DNA of 64,000 bases, from the NCBI GenBank assembly GCA_035389045.1, contig DAOORA010000004.1, positions 42,246 through 106,245 of the forward strand, given 5' to 3'. This document shows, in pieces, positions 1-9,386 of the stretch (its first letter is position 1; each line of letters starts with the position of its first letter). The notes under the pieces are model-generated. The model did not search any database. It was not told where the DNA came from and saw only the letters and a list, made by a program, of their open reading frames with translations. This stretch comes from Bacteroidales bacterium (GTDB taxonomy: Bacteria; Bacteroidota; Bacteroidia; Bacteroidales; CAIWKO01). The position numbers and the translations under genes were made by a program.

Positions 1-2
1 AT

Positions 3-1289
3 ATGCTCATCGATTCGCTGCGCAATGGCATCATGCCGGAACTACCTGTGGTTTACAACTGGGAATCCAAATGTAATGTTCTTCTAAAAAATATGGGTGT
101 TGAAAATTCAACCCATATTGAAGTTTATAAAAAGAACGGCGGGTACCAGGTATTATCCAAGGCCTTAGCCATGGCACCGGCACAAATAATAGACGAAGTG
201 AGAAACTCTCAATTGCGCGGACGTGGCGGCGCCGGATTCCCTACGGGTATCAAATGGAGTTTTATCCCTAAAAACAACACCAAACCTGTATATCTGATCT
301 GTAATGCCGACGAAGGCGAGCCTGGTACTTTTAAAGACAGGCAGATCCTGGCCAACGACCCTCATCTGCTGATTGAAGGTATGGCTATATCGGCCTATGC
401 TCTGGGTTGTAAACTGGCATTTATTTATATCAGAGGCGAGTTCAGCTGGATAGCAGATATCCTGGAAAAAGCCATTGAAGAAGCCAAAACCGACGGGCAA
501 CTGAAAGATCTGGACATTATTGTTCATATGGGCGCAGGTACATACATCTGCGGAGAAGAAACCGCCCTGATAGAATCTCTTGAAGGAAAAAGAGGGTTGC
601 CCAGGATGAAACCTCCCTTCCCTGCCGTAGAAGGCCTTTACGGATGTCCTACCATAGTAAATAATGTGGAAACACTGGCCAGCGTACCTTTTATCATTGA
701 CCAGGGTGCAGATGCCTTCAAAGAATTTGGCGGACCGGGAGGTTATGGATTTAAACTGTTCGGTGTTTCCGGTGCCGTGAACAAACCCGGCGTATACGAA
801 TGCCCAATGGGAATATCCTTTAAGGAACTTATCGAAATGGCCGGCGGTTATAGCAAAAAGGTTATAGGCGTTATTGTCGGAGGTCTGTCAGTACCTATAT
901 TAACACCCGAAGAAATTGAAAGAGGCGAAGGAATGAAAATGGACTATGAATCATGTGCCGACTACAGAACCGCCCTGGGTTCAGGTGGCGTAATGGTTAT
1001 CAGCGACGAATTTTCTATTCCTGAAATAGCTGCACGTACTATAAAGTTTTATAATCATGAATCCTGCGGACAATGTACGCCATGCCGCATGGGATCGGGA
1101 ATGATCGTAAGATTACTCGAAAAAATCGCTGCCGGCAACGGTGAAAAAGGCGATATCGAAAAAATCATCTGGTTCTGCGATAACATCAAGGGCAACACCT
1201 TATGTCCAACCGGTGAAGCGTATTCCACACCGGTAAAAACCATGGTTTCAAAATTCCGAAAAGAATTCGAACAATTAATAAAAAACTAA
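3..1289 (+). CDS. NuoF-family NADH-binding FMN/[4Fe-4S] flavoprotein (51-kDa subunit type); the start may lie at or beyond the window edge
   Basis: 428-aa ORF open to position 3. Motifs: GRGGAGFPTGIKWSF, ADEGEPGTFKDR, YICGEETALIESLEGKRG, and ESCGQCTPCRMG (cluster cysteines). Confidence 0.85.
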   Translation: MLIDSLRNGIMPELPVVYNWESKCNVLLKNMGVENSTHIEVYKKNGGYQVLSKALAMAPAQIIDEVRNSQLRGRGGAGFPTGIKWSFIPKNNTKPVYLICNADEGEPGTFKDRQILANDPHLLIEGMAISAYALGCKLAFIYIRGEFSWIADILEKAIEEAKTDGQLKDLDIIVHMGAGTYICGEETALIESLEGKRGLPRMKPPFPAVEGLYGCPTIVNNVETLASVPFIIDQGADAFKEFGGPGGYGFKLFGVSGAVNKPGVYECPMGISFKELIEMAGGYSKKVIGVIVGGLSVPILTPEEIERGEGMKMDYESCADYRTALGSGGVMVISDEFSIPEIAARTIKFYNHESCGQCTPCRMGSGMIVRLLEKIAAGNGEKGDIEKIIWFCDNIKGNTLCPTGEAYSTPVKTMVSKFRKEFEQLIKN

Positions 1290-1323
1290 TTATTAACAAA
1301 AAAAAAGAAAGGATTAAATTTTT

Positions 1324-2133
1324 ATGGCAAACAAACCAAGTGAAATTGTTCAGATGGCTATCAATACTGGACAATACAAAGCAAAATTATCTTTTGACAA
1401 TTATCTGATCCGTGGCTTTATGGCCGGACTCCTTATTGCTGTAGGAGGCGCTCTGGCCACGGTTTGCGCAACGGGAATCGGAATACCCGGCATCAAACAA
1501 CTGGTTCTTGGATCGGTCTTCCCCGTAGGACTTATTGCGATTGTCCTGACAGGAATGTCTCTTTTCACAGGCGATGCCATGCTGCTCCCGATTTCCGCCA
1601 TGCATAAACAGATTACCTGGAAAAGAGTTTTTTATGCGTGGACAGTAGTGTATATTGCTAACTTTTTAGGCTCACTTTTCTGGGCATACCTGATGTCGGT
1701 AGGTCCATTCAGCAAGGGAGGCAGCGCTGAACTGACTGCTTTTGGAGCTAATGCTATCGCCATCTCCGAAGCAAAAGTGAATGCTTATGTTGCCAATGGC
1801 GGAGCCGGATGGTGGTCAGCCTTTATGAAGGGTATTGCATGTAACCTCTTAGTAAATATGGCGATCCTGCTTGCAATTTCTTCAAAAAGCATGATTGGCA
1901 AGTTCTTTGGAATATGGTTCCCGATCATGGCTTTCGTTGCTTCAGGATTCGAACACAGTGTAGCCAATATGTATTTTATCCCTGCCGGAATTTTCTGCGG
2001 GGCAGATGTTACCTGGGGAAATTTCCTGTTTTATAACCTGTTCCCGGTTACTATTGGTAACATTATTGGTGGATTTTTGTTTATCGGAGTTGTTTATTAC
2101 CACTGTTTCAAAAAAGAACTTGAGTGTAAATAA
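1324..2133 (+). CDS. Formate/nitrite transporter (FNT) family channel
   Basis: 269-aa polytopic membrane protein. FNT-type motifs LFTGDAML and FVASGFEHSVANMYF. Lies 35 nt after the nuoF-like gene. Confidence 0.85.
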   Translation: MANKPSEIVQMAINTGQYKAKLSFDNYLIRGFMAGLLIAVGGALATVCATGIGIPGIKQLVLGSVFPVGLIAIVLTGMSLFTGDAMLLPISAMHKQITWKRVFYAWTVVYIANFLGSLFWAYLMSVGPFSKGGSAELTAFGANAIAISEAKVNAYVANGGAGWWSAFMKGIACNLLVNMAILLAISSKSMIGKFFGIWFPIMAFVASGFEHSVANMYFIPAGIFCGADVTWGNFLFYNLFPVTIGNIIGGFLFIGVVYYHCFKKELECK

Positions 2134-2207
2134 CACAGTAAGGATATTTATTAATATATCTCAACAAAAAGAATCTTTGTGGCCACCGGCTGCAAAGGTT
2201 CTTTTTT

Positions 2208-3389
2208 ATGGCTTTTCAGCAAATTCTTATGGTAACCAAGCCTAACTATATTATCATCGGAGCCAGTGGAAGAAATACCGGCAAAACAGAATTTGCATGC
2301 AAACTGATACAAGAACACTCGAAAAACCACCGTATTATAGGCGTTAAAGTTACCTCTATAGATAAAAATGAAGGCAGGTGCCCCAGAGGCCATGCCAGTT
2401 GCGGGGTGTGCGATTCGCTGGAAGGTGAATATAACATCACAGAAGAAACGAACCCATCCACAGGAAAAGACACCTCGCGTATGCTACAGGCAGGGGCAGA
2501 AAAAGTACTGTGGCTTAAAGTGGACAGCAGGCATATTAAAACCGGATTTGAAGCATTAGATAAACTAATTCCAGGGAACGTATTCGTCATTTGTGAATCG
2601 AACTCTCTGAGAACAGTTGCTGAGCCAGGGTTATTTATTGTCATAAGAAATAAAAATGATAAAAGCATCAAAAGAAGTTGTGCCAATGTTATTGATTATG
2701 CCAATAAAATAATTACGTTTGACAATATGTCGTGGGATTTTCAACCCGGCAGGGTGTTGATTAAAAACGGGGAATGGATCATCAAAGAAAAAGCCACTGC
2801 CATCATTCTGGCAGGAGGCAAAAGCAGCCGGATGGAAGGTATTGACAAAAGTATGTTGCCCGTGGACGGACAACCTTTGATTACCCATATTGCATCACAG
2901 TTGTACCTGCATTTTGATGAAATCATCATTGGTTCTAATAATTCTGAAAAATATTCTTTTACCGGACTGCGCATAGTGCCGGACCTTATTCCGGGCTGCG
3001 GCCCTCTGATGGGAATATTATCCTGTGTTAAAGCCTCACAGCATGAAGTTAATTTCATTACAGCCTGCGATATCCCCACCATGAATATCAAACTGATAAA
3101 AAACATGATAAATCTTGCGGTGGACAACGACATCGTGATGCCAGTATCAGAAAATGACAAACACGAGCCGCTTTACGCCGTATATAAAAAGAGCATCATT
3201 GAACCGGCAGAAACTATTCTGGCCAATAACGGCAGAAGAATCATAGAACTGCTAAACCATGTCAAATCAAAGCTTATCGGATTCAGCGATAATAAATGGT
3301 ATCAAAACCTAAACAGCCGGGAAGATTATTTCAATTATATCAAAGAAAGAAATATTAACGAGTGTGGAAAATTTGACGTTAAACAGTGA
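2208..3389 (+). CDS. MobB-like P-loop domain fused to MobA-like molybdenum cofactor guanylyltransferase
   Basis: N-terminal half has IIIGASGRNTGKTEF (P-loop) and GKDTSRMLQAGAEKV (MobB-like). C-terminal half has AIILAGGKSSRMEGIDKSMLPVDGQPLI (MobA NTP-transferase signature). Confidence 0.7.
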   Translation: MAFQQILMVTKPNYIIIGASGRNTGKTEFACKLIQEHSKNHRIIGVKVTSIDKNEGRCPRGHASCGVCDSLEGEYNITEETNPSTGKDTSRMLQAGAEKVLWLKVDSRHIKTGFEALDKLIPGNVFVICESNSLRTVAEPGLFIVIRNKNDKSIKRSCANVIDYANKIITFDNMSWDFQPGRVLIKNGEWIIKEKATAIILAGGKSSRMEGIDKSMLPVDGQPLITHIASQLYLHFDEIIIGSNNSEKYSFTGLRIVPDLIPGCGPLMGILSCVKASQHEVNFITACDIPTMNIKLIKNMINLAVDNDIVMPVSENDKHEPLYAVYKKSIIEPAETILANNGRRIIELLNHVKSKLIGFSDNKWYQNLNSREDYFNYIKERNINECGKFDVKQ

Positions 3390-3424
3390 TTTAAAAAAAA
3401 CAATAACAAATTTAAAAATCATAA

Positions 3425-3432
3425 TACCTTTG
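3425..3432 (+). promoter_or_regulatory. Bacteroidota -7 promoter box (TACCTTTG, TAnnTTTG type) for the porin gene
   Basis: Exact TAnnTTTG match 31 nt upstream of the ATG at 3463. Confidence 0.45.
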
Positions 3433-3462
3433 CAAAAAATTTCAAACCAAAACAATAAAACA

Positions 3463-4824
3463 ATGAAAAGATTCTTATTAATTACAATGCTTGCATTATT
3501 TATATTAAATGTGCAGGCACAGGATGAAAAACCCAAATTCGGAATCAGCTTTTCAGGATTTGTCAAAAACGATTTTTTCTGGGATTCCAGACAAAATACT
3601 TCTATCCGTGAAGGTCATTTCCTGCTCTTCCCTACCGGCATTAACCGCGATGTAAATGGCGATGATATCAATGCCAAGGCAAATTTCAACTTTCTTTCCA
3701 TACAAACACGCCTCACCGGAAAAATTACCGGCCCCGATGCTTTTGGAGCAAAAACATCCGGAGTGCTTGAAGCCGATTTTTTCGGAAACGAGAATGCTTA
3801 TTTCATTGATGCAAACGGTTTCCGTCTGCGTCATGCTTATGTGAAACTAAACTGGAAAACTTCCGAATTACTTTTCGGACAATTCTGGCACCCACTATTC
3901 AATGCCAACAGCTTTCCCGGCGTGGTATCATTCAATACCGGTGCACCTTTCCAGCCATTTTCGCGCAACCCTCAGATACGTTACACCCAAAAACTCGGCA
4001 ACTTCAATATTATTGTTGCTGCCTGTTCACAGAGGGATTTTGCCAGCCCCGGAGGCTCCTCCTTACCCCTCAGAAATTCTGCCATACCTGATGTAAGCGC
4101 ACAATTCCAATACGGATTTAAGAATGATTCCACAAAGACTGAGTTTCAGATTGGGTTAGGTGGCGGATATAAAATACTGGCGCCGCGTCTTAACAGCGAA
4201 GTTACCACCACTACCATCATTACACCGGCTTATGTGATTTCGGACACCGCAGGAAATTTACATACCATACCTGCAGTTACACAGTCAAACACTGTAAAGT
4301 ATAAAGTTAAAGAACAAGTGGGCGGTTTTTATGCGATGTTGTATGCTAAATATAAATGTAAACCCATCACAGCTAAGCTCTATGGAGTTTACGGGCAGAA
4401 CATTTTTGACCAGGTGATGCTGGGTGGTTATGTTGTCAGCGGTACCAGCAATCCGCTAACCGGAGAAAAAGAATATACTCCATTGAACACTTTATCAACC
4501 TGGGCAGAAATTATGACCAACGGGAAAAAATTCCAGTTTGGCCTTTTTGGTGGTTACACCCAAAATATGGGAGCATCCGACAGCATTGTTGATTATTCTA
4601 ACACGACCCGTGGGGCCGATATCAAAAGTATTTACCGCATAGCCCCCAGAGCTGTTTTTATTTCCGGAAAATTCCAATTTATGGCTGAACTGGAGTGGAC
4701 CAGTGTCTTCTACGCCACTAAAAATGAATTCGGCAAATTAAACCGTGATGCCAAAGGCGTAGTCACAAAATCTGCTGATGTAGGCAATCTGAGAGCGTTG
4801 TTCGCCGTGCAGTATAATTTCTAA
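3463..4824 (+). CDS. Putative outer-membrane beta-barrel porin
   Basis: ORF 3364..4824 trimmed to ATG 3463, which gives the signal peptide MKRFLLITMLALFILNVQAQ. Beta-strand-rich sequence ending ...FAVQYNF; a C-terminal Phe is typical of outer-membrane barrels. Confidence 0.55.
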   Translation: MKRFLLITMLALFILNVQAQDEKPKFGISFSGFVKNDFFWDSRQNTSIREGHFLLFPTGINRDVNGDDINAKANFNFLSIQTRLTGKITGPDAFGAKTSGVLEADFFGNENAYFIDANGFRLRHAYVKLNWKTSELLFGQFWHPLFNANSFPGVVSFNTGAPFQPFSRNPQIRYTQKLGNFNIIVAACSQRDFASPGGSSLPLRNSAIPDVSAQFQYGFKNDSTKTEFQIGLGGGYKILAPRLNSEVTTTTIITPAYVISDTAGNLHTIPAVTQSNTVKYKVKEQVGGFYAMLYAKYKCKPITAKLYGVYGQNIFDQVMLGGYVVSGTSNPLTGEKEYTPLNTLSTWAEIMTNGKKFQFGLFGGYTQNMGASDSIVDYSNTTRGADIKSIYRIAPRAVFISGKFQFMAELEWTSVFYATKNEFGKLNRDAKGVVTKSADVGNLRALFAVQYNF

Positions 4825-4849
4825 TTTTTTCATAGTAATGTCCCAAAAA

Positions 4850-4881
4850 AGAGATGCCCGATAAAGCATCTCTTTTTTTTT
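4850..4881 (+). terminator. Rho-independent terminator after the porin gene
   Basis: Stem AGAGATGC / GCATCTCT with an 8-nt loop, followed by a run of 9 T. The preceding A-run could let it act in both directions. Confidence 0.7.
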
Positions 4882-4912
4882 ATTTATGACAATACATTAT
4901 TCCGAAATATTG

Positions 4913-4920
4913 TATATTTG
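4913..4920 (+). promoter_or_regulatory. -7 promoter box (TATATTTG)
   Basis: TAnnTTTG match 35 nt upstream of the ATG at 4955. Confidence 0.4.
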
Positions 4921-4954
4921 ATTTTAAATTCATTCATCACTTAAAATTATTTTT

Positions 4955-5809
4955 ATGAAATGGTCAGGCAGAAGACAAAGCGATAATGTAGAAGACCGCC
5001 GTGGCATCAGCGGCAAAGGCATAGCCGGTGTGGGCGGTGTAGGCGCTATCATCATTGCTGTTATTGCATTTTTTATCACCAAGGATCCGTCGCAACTGCT
5101 GAACACTTTGCAGCAGACGGGTGGTGCACAACAGGAACAGCTCAGCCCTGAAGCTCAGGCCCATCAGGATAGCTTAGCCAGTTTTATCGGTGTAGTGCTG
5201 GCGGATACAGAAGATGTGTGGTCCAAATTGTTCAACGAGATGGGAAAAACCTACCAGATGCCCAAGCTGGTGATGTTTACCGGCGCGGTGCAGTCGGCCT
5301 GCGGGCAGGCACAATCGGCTGTAGGACCGTTTTATTGTTCGGGAGACGCTAAGGTGTACCTCGACCTGGACTTTCTGGAACAACTGCAACAGAGACTGGG
5401 CGCACAGGGCGACTTTGCACAGGCCTATATCGTGGCTCACGAAGTGGGACATCATGTGCAAAACCTGCTGGGCACCCTCGACGAGGTTCACGGCATGAAC
5501 GGACGTCTGAGCGAAAAAGAATATAACGAGATGACCGTCAGGTTAGAACTACAAGCCGATTTTCTTGCCGGCGTATGGGCACATCATGCACAGAAGATGA
5601 AAAACATACTGGAGCATGGTGATATTGACGAAGCCATGAATGCCGCAGGCGCTGTGGGTGACGACAAGATACAGATGGAAAACCAGGGTTATGTAGTTCC
5701 TGATTCTTTCACGCACGGCACCTCCGCACAAAGGGTAAAATGGTTCAAACTGGGATTTACCACAGGCGACATTACTAAAGGGGATACCTTCAATGCAAGG
5801 GTTTTATAG
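4955..5809 (+). CDS. ypfJ: YpfJ-family putative neutral zinc metallopeptidase
   Basis: N-terminus MKWSGRRQSDNVEDRRG, one TM segment, and the HEVGHHVQ zinc motif. This layout is characteristic of E. coli YpfJ-type proteins. Confidence 0.8.
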   Translation: MKWSGRRQSDNVEDRRGISGKGIAGVGGVGAIIIAVIAFFITKDPSQLLNTLQQTGGAQQEQLSPEAQAHQDSLASFIGVVLADTEDVWSKLFNEMGKTYQMPKLVMFTGAVQSACGQAQSAVGPFYCSGDAKVYLDLDFLEQLQQRLGAQGDFAQAYIVAHEVGHHVQNLLGTLDEVHGMNGRLSEKEYNEMTVRLELQADFLAGVWAHHAQKMKNILEHGDIDEAMNAAGAVGDDKIQMENQGYVVPDSFTHGTSAQRVKWFKLGFTTGDITKGDTFNARVL

Positions 5810-5957
5810 GAAAAAAATCACTGTTATCCGCAAATAACTTATTGAGTACCTAAAGTCACACCGTTTCTTCTGTTTGTTTTTATACCAAATGTTTTGTGCC
5901 TACGGCACAAGGTCTGATTGATAATACTATTTGCCAATAGTTTAAACTTTCAAAATC

Positions 5958-6037
5958 TGTAAAGCAAAATACTCCAAATATGTAAAGTAAAATCCTCAAA
6001 TTTTGTAAAGTAAAATAGTTGAAATTTGTAAAATAAG
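5958..6037 (+). repeat. 3.5 tandem copies of a 23-bp unit (TGTAAAGTAAAATnnTCnAAATT) abutting a promoter
   Basis: Units start at 5958, 5981, 6004 and 6027, an exact 23-bp period. The last unit runs into the -7 box at 6041. Confidence 0.8.
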
Positions 6038-6040
6038 TTA

Positions 6041-6048
6041 TACCTTTG
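6041..6048 (+). promoter_or_regulatory. -7 promoter box (TACCTTTG) for the AAA ATPase gene
   Basis: TAnnTTTG match 18 nt upstream of the ATG at 6066. Confidence 0.45.
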
Positions 6049-6065
6049 CTGTTTCAATAAACAAA

Positions 6066-7319
6066 ATGAAATATCTTAACAGAACATCAGACAGCGAGTT
6101 GCAAAGAAAACTTGAATCGGCAGGAGCTTTGCTTATTCGGGGAATAAAAGCCTGCGGAAAAACTGAATCGGCTAAACAATTTGCAAACAGTATTTTGGAG
6201 TCAGACCAGGACGAACAAGTTCCTCTTTTAATAGAAACTGCGCCGCAACGATTATTACTCGGAAAAACGCCACGTCTGATTGATGAATGGCAGGAACAAC
6301 CTAAAATCTGGAACTACATTCGTCACGAAATAGACAACCGCAATAAAACAGCACAATTTATTCTGACTGGCTCGGCAAACCCCGATGAAAATATAAAAAT
6401 GCACTCAGGGGCCGGTAGATTTACAATACTCGATATGCGCACAATGAGTTGGCAGGAATTAGGCTTTTCGTCAGGCAAAGTGAGTTTGAAAAATCTTTTT
6501 GAGGACGAGAAAATTCATAGTTACGATGAGCCGACTGAATTGGAATTTATTGTTGAGCGGATAATTACAGGTGGATTTCCTGCGCTGATTGGCAAAAATA
6601 TTAATAAGGCAAGCGATTTGAATCGTGCGTATGTTGATTTGCTTGCCGAGGTAGATATGAGCCGTGTTTCAGATACAAAACGCGACCCGGCAAATGTACG
6701 GAATTTACTACGCTCTTTGGCTCGTAATACATCAACAATAGTAAATATAACAACCCTCGAATCCGATATTCGGGAAAAAGAATTCAAGGATATTTCACGC
6801 CCTACGATTTACGATTATCTCGATGCGCTCAACAGATTGATGATAAACGAAAATCAACCTGCATGGAACACGCACATTCGTTCTTCCTCTTCGCTGCGAA
6901 AATCGCCGAAACGCCATTTTGCGGATGTTTCAATTGCCGTGGCCGCATTGGGTGTAGATAAAAAATCACTACTTAATGACGTGAAGTTTACAGGTTTTTT
7001 GTTTGAATCGCTTGCCACGCATGAACTTCGTGTGTATGCACAAGCAAACGACGCAAAAGTTTATCACTATCGCGACTCAAGTGGATTGGAAGTTGATGCC
7101 ATTGTGCAAAAACACAACGGAGATTGGTGCGCTTTTGAAATAAAACTTGGCACAGGTCAAATAGAAGAAGCAGCGAGAAGTTTGAATAAATTTGTTTCCA
7201 TCTTAGATAAAAAAAGTGTACAACTGCCCAAATCACTGAATATAATTACCGGTACAGGCATTAGTTATACACGCAAAGACGGAATAAATGTAATTTCATT
7301 GGCCTCATTAGGATGTTAA
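6066..7319 (+). CDS. AAA-type ATPase with a DUF4143-like C-terminal region
   Basis: 417 aa. Walker A-like GIKACGKTE and Walker B-like RLIDEWQ. Size and order resemble AAA_14 + DUF4143 proteins. Confidence 0.7.
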   Translation: MKYLNRTSDSELQRKLESAGALLIRGIKACGKTESAKQFANSILESDQDEQVPLLIETAPQRLLLGKTPRLIDEWQEQPKIWNYIRHEIDNRNKTAQFILTGSANPDENIKMHSGAGRFTILDMRTMSWQELGFSSGKVSLKNLFEDEKIHSYDEPTELEFIVERIITGGFPALIGKNINKASDLNRAYVDLLAEVDMSRVSDTKRDPANVRNLLRSLARNTSTIVNITTLESDIREKEFKDISRPTIYDYLDALNRLMINENQPAWNTHIRSSSSLRKSPKRHFADVSIAVAALGVDKKSLLNDVKFTGFLFESLATHELRVYAQANDAKVYHYRDSSGLEVDAIVQKHNGDWCAFEIKLGTGQIEEAARSLNKFVSILDKKSVQLPKSLNIITGTGISYTRKDGINVISLASLGC

Positions 7320-7438
7320 AAACAAATTCCCAAAAAAATTACCAGGCCAGCCTTCGACACCTTGTCTAAAAAATTCCGAAATAATAGATATTACCAGAAC
7401 AAAAGCTCAGTCTGACGGAAATAATCAATGCATCCGGC

Positions 7439-9346
7439 TTACTTTTCAGGAATCTCCGAAAGTTCAAGCCAGCGATCGGTTTTTTCTTCGAGCAATTTTT
7501 CGATCTCATTGTAGCGCTTGCCGTATTGGGCAAAATCTTCCGGACTGCCTTCACCGCCATTCAGTTTTTCGAGTAAAGCTTTTTTCTCGGATTCCAGCAT
7601 ACTGATCTCTTTGTCCAGCGTTTCCAGTTCCCGTGACTCCTTATAGGTCAGCTTTCTGGGAAGGTCATCGGCAACAACAGGTTTTTCTGCCTTTTCCCTG
7701 GGTTTTGCATTTCTTTTTTGCAGTAAGGCCAGTTTTTTTCTCTGTAAGGCATATTCCGTATAATTCCCCGGAAAGTCTTTAATTTTTCCATTGCCTTCAA
7801 AAACAAACAGATGATCGGTAAGATTATCAAGAAAGTAGCGGTCATGCGAAATCATGATCAGGCAGCCCTTAAAGTCGGTTAAAAAATCCTCCAGTGCATT
7901 AAGCGTCTGTATATCCAGATCGTTGGTCGGTTCGTCCAATATCAGGAAATTAGGGCTTTTTATCAGCACCATGAGCAATTGCAGCCGTCGCCTTTCGCCT
8001 CCGCTGAGTGATGCCACATAGTTGTACTGCACGTTGTGCGAAAAGCCGAAACGATACAAAAACTGCGAGGCCGATAATTCTATTTTACCCATTCTCACAT
8101 ATTCCGCCACTTCTTTTACGGCATCCAGCACACGGATGTCTTCCCTGATAAGTACCGGTTCCTGCGTAAAATAACCCAGGACAATAGTCTGCCCCAGCGA
8201 AATCTTACCTTTGTCCTGCCTGATATTGCCCGTAATCATGTTGATCAGCGTCGTTTTTCCCACGCCATTCTTTCCGCAGATTCCAATACGTTCGCCTTTT
8301 TTGAATGTATACGAAAAATCGTTCACAGCGACAAAATCCCCAAAGGATTTACATACATGGTGCATTTCGAGCACCTTGCCTCCTATCCTTACCTCGGTGA
8401 CCTGCAATTCCAGCTGGTCGTTGTGTAACCGTCTATGTGCTTTTTCTTCCAGGCCGTAGAAAGCATCCTGACGCGCCTTCGACTTGGTGGTGCGCGCCTG
8501 GGGCATACGGCGCATCCAGTCGAGTTCCTTGCGGTACAGGTTTACAGCCCGCTCCTGCTCTGCCTTTTCGTTTTCCAGACGTTCCTGTTTTTTCTCTAAG
8601 TAATATGAATATTTGCCACGGTATATAAACATGCCGGCCGTTTCGAGCTCCATGATGCTGCTGCACACATTGTCGAGAAAATAACGGTCGTGAGTGACCA
8701 GGATGATGCTTAGGTTTTGTTTCGAGAGGTATTCCTCGAGCCATTCTATCATTTCGATGTCGAGGTGGTTGGTCGGCTCATCGAGTATCATCATATCGGT
8801 GTCTTCGATGAGCACCTTGGCCAGTGCAAGACGTTTGCGTTGTCCGCCTGAGAGTTCGCATACCGGCTGGTTAAAATTGGCTATTTTGAGACGGGTGAGT
8901 ACTTCTTTGATACGGGTTTCGAAATCCCATGCGTTGAGTCCGTCCATTTTACGTATGGCCTCTTCGAGTTGGCAGTCGAGCTCCTGACGGTGGCGCTTAC
9001 CGGAGTCGTCACCGGCATGGCTGAGGCGCTCCAGGATGGCTTCGTAGTTTTTTATGGCACGGATAAACTCATTGTCGGAGTTCAGGATTGCGTTGATTAC
9101 CGAAAGTGATTCGTCAAAGACCGGATTTTGCGAGAGGTACGACACGCGGATATCGTTGCGGAGTATCACCTGGCCTGTGTCGGGAGTTTCGAGGCCGGTA
9201 ATGATGTTGAGCAGGGTGGTTTTTCCGGTACCGTTACGGGCTATCAGCGCCACTTTATCGCCTTTGTCGATACCGAAGGTGACCTTTTCGAACAGGAGTT
9301 TTTCGCCATAGGTTTTCGACAGGTTTTCGACGCTGAGGTAGTTCAT
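7439..9346 (-). CDS. ABC-F family ATPase (Uup/EttA-like, two ABC cassettes, no TM domain)
   Basis: Walker A motifs GTGKTT and GVGKTT. ABC signatures LSGGQRKR and LSGGERRR. C-terminal coiled coil. Start set at MNYLSVENL (9346) because the -7 box sits at 9365..9372. Confidence 0.9.
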   Translation of the reverse strand: MNYLSVENLSKTYGEKLLFEKVTFGIDKGDKVALIARNGTGKTTLLNIITGLETPDTGQVILRNDIRVSYLSQNPVFDESLSVINAILNSDNEFIRAIKNYEAILERLSHAGDDSGKRHRQELDCQLEEAIRKMDGLNAWDFETRIKEVLTRLKIANFNQPVCELSGGQRKRLALAKVLIEDTDMMILDEPTNHLDIEMIEWLEEYLSKQNLSIILVTHDRYFLDNVCSSIMELETAGMFIYRGKYSYYLEKKQERLENEKAEQERAVNLYRKELDWMRRMPQARTTKSKARQDAFYGLEEKAHRRLHNDQLELQVTEVRIGGKVLEMHHVCKSFGDFVAVNDFSYTFKKGERIGICGKNGVGKTTLINMITGNIRQDKGKISLGQTIVLGYFTQEPVLIREDIRVLDAVKEVAEYVRMGKIELSASQFLYRFGFSHNVQYNYVASLSGGERRRLQLLMVLIKSPNFLILDEPTNDLDIQTLNALEDFLTDFKGCLIMISHDRYFLDNLTDHLFVFEGNGKIKDFPGNYTEYALQRKKLALLQKRNAKPREKAEKPVVADDLPRKLTYKESRELETLDKEISMLESEKKALLEKLNGGEGSPEDFAQYGKRYNEIEKLLEEKTDRWLELSEIPEK

Positions 9347-9364
9347 TGAAATAAAATGAGAGGG

Positions 9365-9372
9365 CAAAGGTA
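9365..9372 (-). promoter_or_regulatory. -7 promoter box (TACCTTTG on the minus strand) for the ABC-F gene
   Basis: The plus strand reads CAAAGGTA, 19 nt upstream of the start at 9346. Confidence 0.45.
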
Positions 9373-9386
9373 CGAATTAAAAAAGA

